Shown one piece after another: positions 1 to 9,992 of a stretch of 64,000 nt of DNA (its first letter is position 1; each line of letters opens with the position of its first letter). Source of the stretch: a virus (lineage: Duplodnaviria > Caudoviricetes). The DNA lies in IMG/VR virus record IMGVR_UViG_3300029288_000066, positions 1 to 64,000 of that record; one strand, 5' to 3'. The notes below the pieces were generated by a model. That model was not told the DNA's origin. It ran no database searches and saw nothing but the letters and a program-made list of their open reading frames with translations. Both the position numbers and the translations under genes were made by a program.

Positions 1-131
1 AATTTGCCAATTATCATTAAGGCAAAATTCATTCTGTATAATTGCAGCCATTCCATTCCATAAGAGGATTCCGCCATAGACCCACTTCCCTGTTTCTAGT
101 GATTTCCCCCTAAATTTTATTTCTCTTTTTT

Positions 132-338
132 TCATAATTCGATTTTAAACAATTTGCAAAAACCAGTTATTAAAATGGCCAAGCCAGCAAGCGACGCAAA
201 TACAACACTTATGGTCATTAAAATATTGTATATAACATCTGAATTAAATTGAATTCCGATTGCGCCAATTGCAATAGAAAGCGCAAGATAAACCACGGTC
301 ATAGTAAAACTAAAAGTTCTTTTAATAAAATTTTTCAT
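132..338 (-). CDS. small two-TM membrane protein
   Basis: 68-aa ORF with two hydrophobic stretches. Confidence 0.6.
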   Translation of the reverse strand: MKNFIKRTFSFTMTVVYLALSIAIGAIGIQFNSDVIYNILMTISVVFASLAGLAILITGFCKLFKIEL

Positions 339-593
339 TTTTTTAGTTTTAAATTATAAACAACATAACATAAAATATATCGTGAAAATTATCGTGTCAA
401 GTGTTACTATTATTGCAATTGTAAGACACAACACAATTAAAATTGAGTCTACTATTTCTCCAATTGATTTAAGAATAAATTTCCTTCCCATTGCCGTGTA
501 TCCTGTTACATATATCCTTGTTCATAATAATAATTTCCGCAGGAGACCCATAATCTTTAGTTATGAGATAGATGCAGTTTAATTTTGCAAATA

Positions 594-619
594 TACGAAA
601 AATATTTAAAAATGTTACA
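594..619 (-). promoter_or_regulatory. ECF-sigma-type promoter TGTAAC-N16-CGTAT (copy 1 of 13)
   Basis: + strand TACG-N16-GTTACA; same motif recurs 13 times, always on the minus strand. Confidence 0.7.
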
Positions 620-675
620 ATTAATTTGATATTTTTCATTTTTTTTCTATATTTATAGAAAACAACAGAAAAAGA

Positions 676-1839
676 ATGATAACTTATAATGCAGAATTGA
701 CAGGGTGCGATGAAAACAAAGGGTTTCTGATGAGTCTTTTGGAAGAATATCGCATTATTGTTAATAGGGCATCGAAGTTACAATTCGAAAGCAACTTAAA
801 CTCCATCACCACGCTTCACAATGCATTTTATTATAAGACGAGAAGTGAGCATCCAGAGGTTCCATCACAGGTGGTTATAAAGGCTGAGCAAGAATCTCTT
901 GCATCATATAAGTCAATTAAGTCGAATAAACACAAAATTAAAGGGCAATTTATAAAAAAGAATTTGTCTTTAAGGCTCGACAAGAGGCTTTATTCCAAAA
1001 CCAACTCACAGACCACAATATTTATCACAACCAAAGAGGGAAGAAAAGAATTTACAATAAAAACATATCCCAAATTAAACGAATTGTTAAATAAATACAA
1101 ATTTGCAGACCCGTTTTTGTTCGTGAGAAACGAAAAAATAATGATTGGGCTATCTTTCGAAAATAAAACAAAAGAAATAGAAGAAAAATCGTTGTGTCTT
1201 GGAGTCGATTTGGGAATAAGGAGAGTTGCTGCATGCTCTGATGGGAGACTTATAATCGACAAAAAATTTAATGCAGAGAAAAGAAGGTTGCGTTACTTAA
1301 AAAGATGTTTGCAAAGCAAAGGAACAAAGAGCGCAAAAAAACATCTGAAAAAATTAAGGCACAAAGAGAAAAATAAAAATAAAAATCAGACCCACCTGGT
1401 TGCAAATGAAATATTGCGAACAAACGCAAACATCATTGCACTAGAGAACCTTAAGGGCATAAAAGCCAAGAAACACAAAAATCAAAATAAAAATGCGATA
1501 AGTCAAGTGCCAATCTTCGAATTAAGAAGGGTTGTGACTTATAAGGCCAAGAATATGGGAAAACATATTTGTTTGGTTTCGCCTGCAAACACAAGTCAAA
1601 TCGACTCCATCTCAGGAATTAAAGAAGGGTTAAGAAAAGGATGTAGATTTTATGCAAAAAGCGGCCTTGTGTATGATGCGGATTTAAATGCATCCGTAAA
1701 TATCGCTCGAAGGAGCAAACACCCCATTTCGCAAGGAAACTTGCTTGACGGGCAGGGCGTCGTCAATCGTCCAATCGCATGTCAGCCTCCCGCATTTTCG
1801 GAGCATTGCAAGCCAATGAATTTATTCGTTGGTCATTGA
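676..1839 (+). CDS. tnpB: TnpB/Cas12f-like RNA-guided endonuclease (IS200/IS605-derived), zinc finger degenerate
   Basis: RuvC motifs LGVDLG, IALENL, TSQ..., DADLNASVNI; no CxxC pairs after TSQ. Confidence 0.9.
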   Translation: MITYNAELTGCDENKGFLMSLLEEYRIIVNRASKLQFESNLNSITTLHNAFYYKTRSEHPEVPSQVVIKAEQESLASYKSIKSNKHKIKGQFIKKNLSLRLDKRLYSKTNSQTTIFITTKEGRKEFTIKTYPKLNELLNKYKFADPFLFVRNEKIMIGLSFENKTKEIEEKSLCLGVDLGIRRVAACSDGRLIIDKKFNAEKRRLRYLKRCLQSKGTKSAKKHLKKLRHKEKNKNKNQTHLVANEILRTNANIIALENLKGIKAKKHKNQNKNAISQVPIFELRRVVTYKAKNMGKHICLVSPANTSQIDSISGIKEGLRKGCRFYAKSGLVYDADLNASVNIARRSKHPISQGNLLDGQGVVNRPIACQPPAFSEHCKPMNLFVGH

Positions 1840-1840
1840 C
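1808..1840 (+). ncRNA. probable omegaRNA 3' hairpin / element right end of TnpB1
   Basis: CAAGCCAATGAATTTATTCGTTGGTCATTGAC hairpin ending TTGAC at the tnpB stop, typical of IS200/IS605-type right ends. Confidence 0.55.
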
Positions 1841-2060
1841 GCAAGCGAATATACACTATCAATATCCTATCATTTATTTAAATTTTCTTTTACCTATGAT
1901 TGCCAAAAGAAAATATAATATAAGAGTTCCAAACCACCCCATCATAACAAAAACAAAAAGCATAACTACTGATATTACATAACCCACTGCTATGATGGGT
2001 ATAAATATACTTCCTATCGTCTTTTTCATGACTATACTTCTCTGGCAATTTTAATTATGC

Positions 2061-2091
2061 CAAAGTTAAATAATTTTTTCGAGAAAACAAA
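2061..2091 (-). promoter_or_regulatory. Bacteroidota housekeeping-sigma promoter TTTG-N19-TAACTTTG
   Basis: exact match to the TTTG(N19-21)TAnnTTTG consensus, upstream of a small minus-strand ORF. Confidence 0.6.
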
Positions 2092-2093
2092 AT

Positions 2094-2348
2094 TTAATCT
2101 CCGTTTAAATAGAATTTAACAAATGGTGTCATTTTAAAGTCCTTGACGAATCCATATTGTTTTTCCTTTGGTATTGAATCTAAGACAGCTCTTATTTCAG
2201 GAGTACCATTAATTAGGAACCCACCAGTCATATAGTCAACGCCATCCTTTTTAATGGCGGCAAGACTGTTTGTTCTATCAATATTATTGGCTATAAGTTC
2301 CACTTCTTCATAGCCATTTGTTTCAGGTGTAATATGTAATATTTTCAT
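2094..2348 (-). CDS. hypothetical protein
   Basis: 84-aa ORF in packed minus-strand run. Confidence 0.65.
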   Translation of the reverse strand: MKILHITPETNGYEEVELIANNIDRTNSLAAIKKDGVDYMTGGFLINGTPEIRAVLDSIPKEKQYGFVKDFKMTPFVKFYLNGD

Positions 2349-2350
2349 GT

Positions 2351-2617
2351 TTAAAGTTCTTTTAATTCTTTTTCGGCAGCTGCCAATTCTGTTTTGATAA
2401 AATCCTTTAGAAATTCAGCCATCTTTGGTTGCAAAATTATCGGCACCATATTCTTTTCTCTTCCGTCATCTCCATCATCGCACTCAATAATTATTTTTGG
2501 ATTTCTTGATACGGGGTGGCTTAAATCATAGTCCCACTCAAAACTATCTAAACTTCTCTTTATTTCATTTATTTTTTCGTCAAGCTCATTGGCTTTCTGT
2601 AATATTTCTGGTTCCAT
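2351..2617 (-). CDS. hypothetical protein (start probably MEPEIL)
   Basis: 3' part of ORF 2351..2797; the 5' part overlaps the next gene. Confidence 0.6.
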   Translation of the reverse strand: MEPEILQKANELDEKINEIKRSLDSFEWDYDLSHPVSRNPKIIIECDDGDDGREKNMVPIILQPKMAEFLKDFIKTELAAAEKELKEL

Positions 2618-2618
2618 A

Positions 2619-3170
2619 TTATTCGGGTTTAATGACATCAATAAATTCCGTAGGTTCGTTTTTTGCCCACTCTTCCACTTTGTCATAATCAGCATAAATC
2701 CAATTGTTACACTTTGGACGGGGGTTAACCTTTTCAAAATCATCAATTGCTTTAGACCTCTCATATGACGGTGCAGGAATATCAAAAATACCAGCATCTT
2801 TCATTTTTTGATGATGTTCATTCTTTAGCTTTTCATATGCTTCCTTATCAAAATTCACATCAATGCCGTCGTACTCTGGAGATTCAACAACTCTCAGCTC
2901 AATTTCTTTCCCCCTCAATTTTTCCTCACTTGCAAAAGTTAGCAATCCAAGGGCAGCCAATCCAGTGTTTTCTGGTTTTTCCTTGGCTTCATCGAAAGAC
3001 GAGCTGTTTATTTTTTTAATCTTGTATGAGAGATTTTCAGCAACAACCTTTTTCTGGTGCTCAGTATTTGGATAAATCTTTGGACATTTAGAAACGCCAC
3101 CAAAGGTACCACCATACCACCCGATAAATTTTCCATCTGCAAAATATGCAAAACATATGCTTTTTTTCAT
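2619..3170 (-). CDS. hypothetical protein
   Basis: 183-aa ORF, tightly packed. Confidence 0.7.
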   Translation of the reverse strand: MKKSICFAYFADGKFIGWYGGTFGGVSKCPKIYPNTEHQKKVVAENLSYKIKKINSSSFDEAKEKPENTGLAALGLLTFASEEKLRGKEIELRVVESPEYDGIDVNFDKEAYEKLKNEHHQKMKDAGIFDIPAPSYERSKAIDDFEKVNPRPKCNNWIYADYDKVEEWAKNEPTEFIDVIKPE

Positions 3171-3181
3171 AATATTATTTT

Positions 3182-3760
3182 TTAATCAATCTCAATACAA
3201 CAAAATTTATATTTTTTCCCACTTCCGCAGGGACACTTATCATTTCTCAGCGTGTTTTTATCAATGGGGTCGTCAAGCACGAATTCATTACACGTAACAG
3301 TTTCTTCGACTCCATTAAGATGATTTATCTCATGCTGCCAAACTTGTGCCTGGTAGCCCTTGTGAGTCTCCTGGTGAAACGTTCCATCTGGTGTGTAATA
3401 TTCCACATCAACAAAGTGGTTTCTTCCTGCAATTATAACATAAAAATCATCTTTAATTTTACCCCACGTTAAACAACCTTCAGCTTTTATACGCTTTACC
3501 CCGTAATATTTAGTAATTTTTGGAGCTATGGCTACAACGCCTTCATGAGTGTTTATGTCCTTTATGAGAGCCATTCTCACATTAAATCTTATACCATCAA
3601 CCGAACACTGATTTGCTGCCAAACCTATACAATTCTCTCTTGACATTGCATATTGCTCAAAAGCATCAACAATATCCCGATTTTCTTTTAAAAACTCAGA
3701 AATATTATAAATCTCTGGAGTAAGCGGTGTTTGTTTATGTTGTATTACTTCGAATTCCAT
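3182..3760 (-). CDS. def: peptide deformylase with C-terminal SEC-C zinc motif
   Basis: CIGLAANQ, EGCLT and QHEINHLNG motifs; C-terminal RNDKCPCGSGKKYKFCC. Confidence 0.9.
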   Translation of the reverse strand: MEFEVIQHKQTPLTPEIYNISEFLKENRDIVDAFEQYAMSRENCIGLAANQCSVDGIRFNVRMALIKDINTHEGVVAIAPKITKYYGVKRIKAEGCLTWGKIKDDFYVIIAGRNHFVDVEYYTPDGTFHQETHKGYQAQVWQHEINHLNGVEETVTCNEFVLDDPIDKNTLRNDKCPCGSGKKYKFCCIEID

Positions 3761-3865
3761 AAAGCATTTTACTATTTAAAAGGCCAGCATAATATAATCA
3801 AAAGTATTGCAGCAACTAAAATAATTACCCACAATTTAACTTCACGATAGAATATTCTTTTTATT

Positions 3866-4354
3866 TTAATATGAAGCATCATGGTCTGTGTAAGTGTCTG
3901 CAACAATATCCCTAAATGTGTCAATAGCTTCCTGCAAGGGAACAACGCTATTAATAACAATCGGAGAAAAGGGAAGTTTGTTCTTTTTGTTCTTTTTATA
4001 GGCTTTTTCAAACTTAGCATTTTCCTTCTCATTAAGCTCTTCACACTTCTTTTCAAGCTCTTCTTTGTTAAATGAAATGTGGTCTTGGAAATATTCGTGT
4101 TGCCCTTCGTATCTCTTAACAATTACAAATGCTTCTTTGAACGTTTTTGTTTCACTTTTACCCGCCTCAAATGCTTCTCCAAAGATTTGTTTGCAGATAT
4201 TATAAATTTGAACGGGTGTGAGTTTCTCAGCTGTTAGCGGATAGTATAGATTGTTTTCAAAGAAATTACTCTTTTCAAATTTTTCAAACGCTTTATAAGA
4301 ATCTGAATCCTTTTGAAAAACCTTTGCTACATGCAATTCACCTTTCTTGCTCAT
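3866..4354 (-). CDS. hypothetical protein
   Basis: 162-aa ORF directly below the promoter at 4374. Confidence 0.7.
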   Translation of the reverse strand: MSKKGELHVAKVFQKDSDSYKAFEKFEKSNFFENNLYYPLTAEKLTPVQIYNICKQIFGEAFEAGKSETKTFKEAFVIVKRYEGQHEYFQDHISFNKEELEKKCEELNEKENAKFEKAYKKNKKNKLPFSPIVINSVVPLQEAIDTFRDIVADTYTDHDASY

Positions 4355-4373
4355 GCGTCATTTTTCTATATTA

Positions 4374-4399
4374 TACGTATTTTTTGCAAAAAAGTTTCA
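4374..4399 (-). promoter_or_regulatory. ECF-type promoter TGAAAC-N16-CGTAT
   Basis: recurrent motif. Confidence 0.7.
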
Positions 4400-4669
4400 A
4401 TCGTCTGTGTCAAAGACTCCAAAAAACAATCCCAGGACAAAAGCTCCCGCTCCCACGCTAATGGCAGTTCCCTTTTCTTCTGGATAAACAAAACACCATA
4501 CAATACAAGCCAGTATGACGACAATTACGATAAATGATGCTGGAGTTAATTTTTTAAACATAATTAAGATTTTTTTATGAAAACATATAAAATAAAAATA
4601 TTATAATTCCTATAACAAAAGGCAATCCTAAATAATATTGCCCAAACCATTTTTGCAAAAATTTTTTCG

Positions 4670-4999
4670 TCATACTTTTTCAATTTTTAATCCAAACAGA
4701 ATAATCATTTTTAACCAATCATAATATTTCTCATCATTCATTACATGAGCAATAAGGTGTTCTTCTCGCCCCTTATGTTCCACAGTCCAATAGTGACTTT
4801 TTGAACAAAGTCTAAAAAACATCTGATGAGCTATTTTGTGAATACGTGTATCTGTTTCGAATATTACATTATCAAGCTCGCCATCTGTTGGAGAATATTT
4901 AATGTTGTATTTTTTTAAATCATTCACAAGCTTATCCACAGCAGGTTTCTTTTCCTCCCGCAATTTAATGAGCAATTCTTGTGATGATAAATTTGTCAT
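4670..4999 (-). CDS. hypothetical protein (start probably MTNLSS)
   Basis: ATG overlaps the stop codon of the upstream gene. Confidence 0.6.
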   Translation of the reverse strand: MTNLSSQELLIKLREEKKPAVDKLVNDLKKYNIKYSPTDGELDNVIFETDTRIHKIAHQMFFRLCSKSHYWTVEHKGREEHLIAHVMNDEKYYDWLKMIILFGLKIEKV

Positions 5000-5778
5000 T
5001 TTTTGTTGTTTGTAATTTCCACCCATCTGTCCTCTAAAAGCTGACAATAGATTGAGGGATGTATTCCGCAATATCCCAAAGAATATCCATCATTCACTTC
5101 AATTAGTTCCATTCTCCCATCGTTCAAAATGGCGAAATCAAGTGTGTACGAAATTGGCTGGTCTTTAAAGCTTCTTATGGCACGCAAAACAACATCGATT
5201 TGTGGGAACACCGTAAAATCACCGTCATAATGACATATTCCAACCAATTGCTTTCTGTTAACGAAACATCTGTATTCAGACTTGATATCAATTATGTTTG
5301 ATATCATCACTTTTGTGTCCGCTGGAAGTTGCTGTAGTGAAATAAAATCAACTTCTGACCTGGCAACATATCCAGAAAACAATTTGGTGTCTTCCGCTGG
5401 CTTTATAAAAAATTTTCTTTCTGCAGAAATTGCTTTACGAGCTTCTCCAAGAGTCATTTCGATAATGTGTCGCTTACAATATTCGGGCAAATAAATTTGC
5501 GGGTTATAAGTTAGCGGTTTTTTAACATCTATTAAATCCAATATTCTTAAAAGAGTTTGGGTGCCCCCAACGAAAATATATCTACTCATAAACCCGAACA
5601 TCAAATCGTTTGGGTCTTTTTCTTTTGCCTGTTCCCACGACTTAACATCATCAAGAGTAAATCTTTCAATCTGATATCCTTTCTTTTTAAATCCATATTC
5701 AGCGATGTATGTATTTACCGTTACGGGAATACCATCCTGATATTGTATCATTACTTGTCTCATTTTATCCCTTTCCAT
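4996..5778 (-). CDS. ATP-grasp domain protein (DUF4343/R2K-like)
   Basis: FFIKP..KLFSG, SEYRCFV, YTLDFA, LIEVNDGYSLG motifs. Confidence 0.75.
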   Translation of the reverse strand: MERDKMRQVMIQYQDGIPVTVNTYIAEYGFKKKGYQIERFTLDDVKSWEQAKEKDPNDLMFGFMSRYIFVGGTQTLLRILDLIDVKKPLTYNPQIYLPEYCKRHIIEMTLGEARKAISAERKFFIKPAEDTKLFSGYVARSEVDFISLQQLPADTKVMISNIIDIKSEYRCFVNRKQLVGICHYDGDFTVFPQIDVVLRAIRSFKDQPISYTLDFAILNDGRMELIEVNDGYSLGYCGIHPSIYCQLLEDRWVEITNNKK

Positions 5779-6182
5779 TCCATTAAACTAAAAGCATTTA
5801 TCAAACCAGCTTCAAATGCCTCTTCGTAAGTGGCGAATTCTCTGCACACTATTGATTGAGTTATTCCTTTTATAATAATTTTGTAATGGTAATCCATTTC
5901 ATCACATTCAACCTCTTCCTTTCCCTTTAGAAATTGTATTGGGTAAGGGAGCACCTCAATATTGTATTTTTCTCGAAGCCATTTTTGCAACGCCGTTTGG
6001 GTTGGTGCTGAATATCTGTGTCCCTTTTTATTATGATTTTGTTCGTATAAGTAAATTGTGGGTTCTTCTCTTGCTGCGTCTTCATAGGGAGTTAAGTCCA
6101 AATAAGCCCCCCTGCATTCTAAATCGAATCCACGTTCTTTTGCTAACTTAGCCGTTTCAAATAAAATTAATTGGTCTTCCAT
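5760..6182 (-). CDS. phage paralog family member (FETAKLAKE.GF...SAPTQ..LQKWLR)
   Basis: clear similarity to 6188..6592, 22063..22467 and 49694..50104. Confidence 0.75.
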   Translation of the reverse strand: MEDQLILFETAKLAKERGFDLECRGAYLDLTPYEDAAREEPTIYLYEQNHNKKGHRYSAPTQTALQKWLREKYNIEVLPYPIQFLKGKEEVECDEMDYHYKIIIKGITQSIVCREFATYEEAFEAGLINAFSLMEWKGIK

Positions 6183-6187
6183 GAGTT

Positions 6188-6592
6188 TTATTTTATTAGT
6201 TTTAACCCTTCGTATAAACCCTTTTCCAATGCCTTTTCATATGTTTTATATTCTCCATTATCACCATACATTCCACAACCATCCGCAATAAAATCATCAT
6301 CAATTAAAGACAAATCCCATTTTAATGCCTGAACGTTCCAGTTGGTTCCGTTGCTATAATGTTCAGCATGAATTCTAACTTCTATTTGAAATTTATCCCG
6401 TAACCATTTTTGAAGCAGCGCTTGGGTGGGAGCGGAGCATCTTTCACTTGTTTGGATAGATGTTTCGGTGTTGTTATCAAACAATATTTTCCCGCTTCCT
6501 TTAATTCCACTATAAAAAGCTAAACATGGTATGTCGAATCCCTTTTCTTTTGCTAATTTAGCAGTTTTGAATTCTGTTAATTCTTCTTTCAT
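6188..6592 (-). CDS. phage paralog family member
   Basis: FKTAKLAKEKGFDIPC...SAPTQALLQKWLR. Confidence 0.75.
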   Translation of the reverse strand: MKEELTEFKTAKLAKEKGFDIPCLAFYSGIKGSGKILFDNNTETSIQTSERCSAPTQALLQKWLRDKFQIEVRIHAEHYSNGTNWNVQALKWDLSLIDDDFIADGCGMYGDNGEYKTYEKALEKGLYEGLKLIK

Positions 6593-7210
6593 TATTTAAT
6601 TTCTTTTGAATTGGTGTCTATTTTAAATCAAGATTGTAATTTTGTTTAATAGAGTTGTATGGAATGAATATGTCAACATTGCAAGAACACCCAGGAATAA
6701 GCGCCCAATCATTCCAAACATCATTGACAAATTCATATCTGTAATACTGAATCTTAGGTGGAATGCTATCGTTTTCAAATATTGTTACATTTTCTACTTC
6801 TATTTTGTCCTGTTTGTATCCTCCATTTGGAAGTTTTTTGTAATAAAAACAATAAGAAACACCTTCTATGCTTCCGCATCCCAAAAAGGAACTCCCTTCT
6901 GTATTAACTCCATCCGCAAGCGCTACTATTTCTACTGAGTGGCCTTGAAGCCTTTTTTGTTCTGGGAATATGCTTATAAAAAAAGCAATTAGAGCAGTCG
7001 CTGCTAACCATACAGTAGCAGCAACAAGTTGGGGCATACACACACAGCCAAATCTTTCCCTTGAGGGTTCTATCACGTTTCTCATTATAAAAGTCAGAAA
7101 CTGTCCTCCAATTCTCTTTTATAAACCACGCACAAAGAATCGCTGAAATAACCATTGTAATAATAAATAAAAGCATCATATCTTTAAAGTTTTAAAATTA
7201 ATAATTGTTT

Positions 7211-7492
7211 TTATTGTGAATTCCTCGTTTCGTTTTGTTTTCTTATGGCTTCTTCGTTCTTTTTAAAAATATCTGCAGAGTAACATTATCCAACAATTTC
7301 CTCAACCCATTGTTTGAGGGGTTTGTGTTTTAACAATGCTGGATGTGCGGCCAAGTGTTATACCAACAACACCTCTTCCAACTTAGCTCCAGTCTCACTA
7401 CAAGTGTCATCCGACATGACGTGAAATAAGCTACAACTTAAATCAATATCAAGTTCACTAATTTGTTCTGGTGTAAGTTCAATTTTTTCCAT
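7211..7492 (-). pseudogene. interrupted ORF with two in-frame TAA codons
   Basis: MEKIELTPEQ...LLV*HLAAHPALLKH...IVG*CYSADIFKK...SQ*, 94 codons in one frame filling an otherwise empty gap. Confidence 0.4.
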
Positions 7493-7664
7493 ATCTTTTT
7501 TCTTCATTAAAAATTCTTCCCCAATCGCCATATCTTTTATATCCTCTAAAATTCTCCTGAAAGAGCTTGCTGACTCTAACCCAAACTACATCAACAGGAA
7601 CTCCACCCATATCATCTCACAGACAAACCGTTCTTCTTTATGCAATGGCTTTGGCACTTCCATT

Positions 7665-8195
7665 TTAAAATCCAAATTCTGTGAACTTTTCTTGAATTGC
7701 TCTTTGATTCTTTATCGTCATTATGGTGAAATTACGGCCTTCTGATTTTTTATAAACGCTTACATAATCCATTTCGCAGTCCAAATTTCCCCTAATAAAA
7801 ATTCTAATTTTCACATCTTCTGTTCCAAACATTACCGCATCAAATTCCATCATATAATAATCTCCGCCGCATTTTCCATCTTCATATTTATGGGTTATTT
7901 CTGATTTAATTCTATCTGGGTAAGGAAATATAATGTGCAATATTTCTTCTGCTTCTTTTTTGGTTAAGAATTTAAGCTCCATTTCTGCATCTGCAGGAAA
8001 CCAGAGTCTATTAAGAAAACGCCCAAGCCAAATTGCAATTGGTATCGTAATAAACACACCCAAATAAAACCATCTATTCCCCGTCTCAAAAAATAAAAAG
8101 AAAGGGGAAAGCCCAATTACAAAAGGAACCACAACCACTATAAATGATTCTATTACTTTAACAATTGTTGTAAAAATTAATTTCAGTGTTTTCAT
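7665..8195 (-). CDS. membrane protein
   Basis: 176 aa with two N-terminal TM segments. Confidence 0.65.
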   Translation of the reverse strand: MKTLKLIFTTIVKVIESFIVVVVPFVIGLSPFFLFFETGNRWFYLGVFITIPIAIWLGRFLNRLWFPADAEMELKFLTKKEAEEILHIIFPYPDRIKSEITHKYEDGKCGGDYYMMEFDAVMFGTEDVKIRIFIRGNLDCEMDYVSVYKKSEGRNFTIMTIKNQRAIQEKFTEFGF

Positions 8196-8198
8196 AGT

Positions 8199-8690
8199 TT
8201 AAGGAAATGTTCTGTATAAAACGTATGAACTGCCAATTCTGTTTTTGTGGTTTGCTTTAACGAATCTAAATTCCGCTTTTCCAACTCGGAGAAAAGAACT
8301 GTCATTTGTATTCCACACCGTTTCTGCAGAAACCATTGGACTGTCTGACCCGTCTTCAAAAGATAAAATGGCAACTCCCACTTCTGGCAACAATCTGGAT
8401 TTAAAATCAGAGATTTCTTTTTTTTGTTCTTCTATGACTTTTTTAAGTGAGTCAACAGCTTCTTTCGAATTGTTGCTGCAGTATTTGCAATTTCCTTTGT
8501 GGCCGCCCCAACGGCAATCTCTACTGCCAAACTGTACATATTCACAACTGTCGTATGTGTATACAACTACATCATAAGGATATGGTTTTACTTGCTGTTT
8601 TGACTCAGCTTGAGTTTTGCTGTTACTGTTGCAAGAAACCACAATAAAGAAGGCTAATCCTAAAAGATAAATCGATAATATACTTTTCAT
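8199..8690 (-). CDS. putative lipoprotein
   Basis: signal peptide with IVVSC lipobox-like site. Confidence 0.6.
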   Translation of the reverse strand: MKSILSIYLLGLAFFIVVSCNSNSKTQAESKQQVKPYPYDVVVYTYDSCEYVQFGSRDCRWGGHKGNCKYCSNNSKEAVDSLKKVIEEQKKEISDFKSRLLPEVGVAILSFEDGSDSPMVSAETVWNTNDSSFLRVGKAEFRFVKANHKNRIGSSYVLYRTFP

Positions 8691-8713
8691 AATGTCATCT
8701 ATTTGACACCATA

Positions 8714-8739
8714 TACGAAAAAATCAGAAAAAAGTTACG
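8714..8739 (-). promoter_or_regulatory. ECF-type promoter CGTAAC-N16-CGTAT
   Basis: recurrent motif. Confidence 0.7.
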
Positions 8740-8777
8740 TTTTTTATTTTTTTGTGTTAATATAAACATTATTAACG

Positions 8778-8810
8778 CAAAAAAAATCCCCCAAATTATG
8801 GAGGATTTTA
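8778..8810 (-). terminator. rho-independent terminator
   Basis: hairpin AAAATCCTCC..GGGGGATTTT followed by a T-run on the minus strand, after 8821..9384. Confidence 0.55.
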
Positions 8811-8820
8811 AATGTTGTTT

Positions 8821-9384
8821 TTAATTAAACAAGTCTTTTGGAATCTCGCTTAACGTTTCTTCTTTAGTGGGCAAGAAAAGCCGTATGTTGAATGGGTTAC
8901 GATATCTGACTCCTATGTCTTTGATAATATCAGATTGTTTTATTCGCACATCATAAATGTTTTCATTGAGTTCCGTTATCTTTTTTGTGAGCTCCAGAAT
9001 TGTTTCAGAATATTTAGGACTTGGATATACATTAACTGCAACATTTGACTGAGAATTTTTTTCTGTCATTTTATCATACATCTTTCCCTCGTATTTTCCA
9101 TAAGTAGAATCTAAAAGAGCATTATATTGTCGTTGAAGAACATCTTTCTTCTCAATATAAATCTTTAATTTTCTATTGTTGCTAACGCTGCTTTCAATGT
9201 CGTCTATGTTTGTGTAAACGACACCAACAGATGCAATGCCAGCAATCAATATAATAATAACTAAACATACAATAGAAGCAACAATCCCTCCTTCGTAATT
9301 CGTTGAGGATTTACTTCGATTGTCAAGATAGTATGCAGCACCCATCCAAATAAGACAAATGGCAATTAAAATTACATAAATCAT
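8821..9384 (-). CDS. membrane protein with coiled-coil domain
   Basis: two N-terminal TM segments. Confidence 0.65.
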   Translation of the reverse strand: MIYVILIAICLIWMGAAYYLDNRSKSSTNYEGGIVASIVCLVIIILIAGIASVGVVYTNIDDIESSVSNNRKLKIYIEKKDVLQRQYNALLDSTYGKYEGKMYDKMTEKNSQSNVAVNVYPSPKYSETILELTKKITELNENIYDVRIKQSDIIKDIGVRYRNPFNIRLFLPTKEETLSEIPKDLFN

Positions 9385-9430
9385 TTTATTTTCCCTTCTT
9401 TTTTAATTAATAAATTGTTTTTTCCACATA

Positions 9431-9456
9431 TACGAAAAAATCAAAAGAAAGTTACA
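9431..9456 (-). promoter_or_regulatory. ECF-type promoter TGTAAC-N16-CGTAT
   Basis: recurrent motif. Confidence 0.7.
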
Positions 9457-9460
9457 ATAT

Positions 9461-9946
9461 TTACTTTTTTTGGAAGATGACGGTAAAAAACCTTTCCGAA
9501 ATCGCAAGTTCACAGGTAATTATATCTCCGTTTTCATTAATGAATTCCCACAAATAATAATTATCTTTATTTGTTGGCACTGTTGCCATAGATTTACCAA
9601 GTTTTTTTATTGTTGGCTTGAGCATTGATATTGGGTAAATCCATTTCTCTCTAAAACAGATAAACTCTGTTTTTTTCCAAAACAAAAATCCATGCATTAC
9701 TCTCTCAACATGAATCATTGCGGAGACACTATCGTTTTTATAAGTTTCATAAGATTGTCTTCCTCCCTTGTCATAATAAAAGGTACTTCTATAAAACAAT
9801 CCTTGTTTTGTCATATAAGGATTTACTTCACTTTCATTCATTCCAACAACAGACTGACTAAAACAGTTAAATGAAAATAAAAGTAGAAAGGTCACCGTAA
9901 CAACGGCCAATATGATTAAATAATATTTTTTAAACAGACTTTTCAT
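9461..9946 (-). CDS. secreted or membrane hypothetical protein
   Basis: N-terminal hydrophobic segment; start likely MKSLFK below the promoter at 9967. Confidence 0.6.
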   Translation of the reverse strand: MKSLFKKYYLIILAVVTVTFLLLFSFNCFSQSVVGMNESEVNPYMTKQGLFYRSTFYYDKGGRQSYETYKNDSVSAMIHVERVMHGFLFWKKTEFICFREKWIYPISMLKPTIKKLGKSMATVPTNKDNYYLWEFINENGDIITCELAISERFFTVIFQKK

Positions 9947-9966
9947 GAAACTTTGTTTTCTATTCA

Positions 9967-9992
9967 TACGAAAAATAATTAAAAATGTTGCA
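9967..9992 (-). promoter_or_regulatory. ECF-type promoter TGCAAC-N16-CGTAT
   Basis: recurrent motif. Confidence 0.65.

Noticed and set aside
1841-1860. TnpB1 guide targeting the cassette 1/4 start (CAAGCGAA)
   Set aside because: Only 8 nt match, which is expected by chance.
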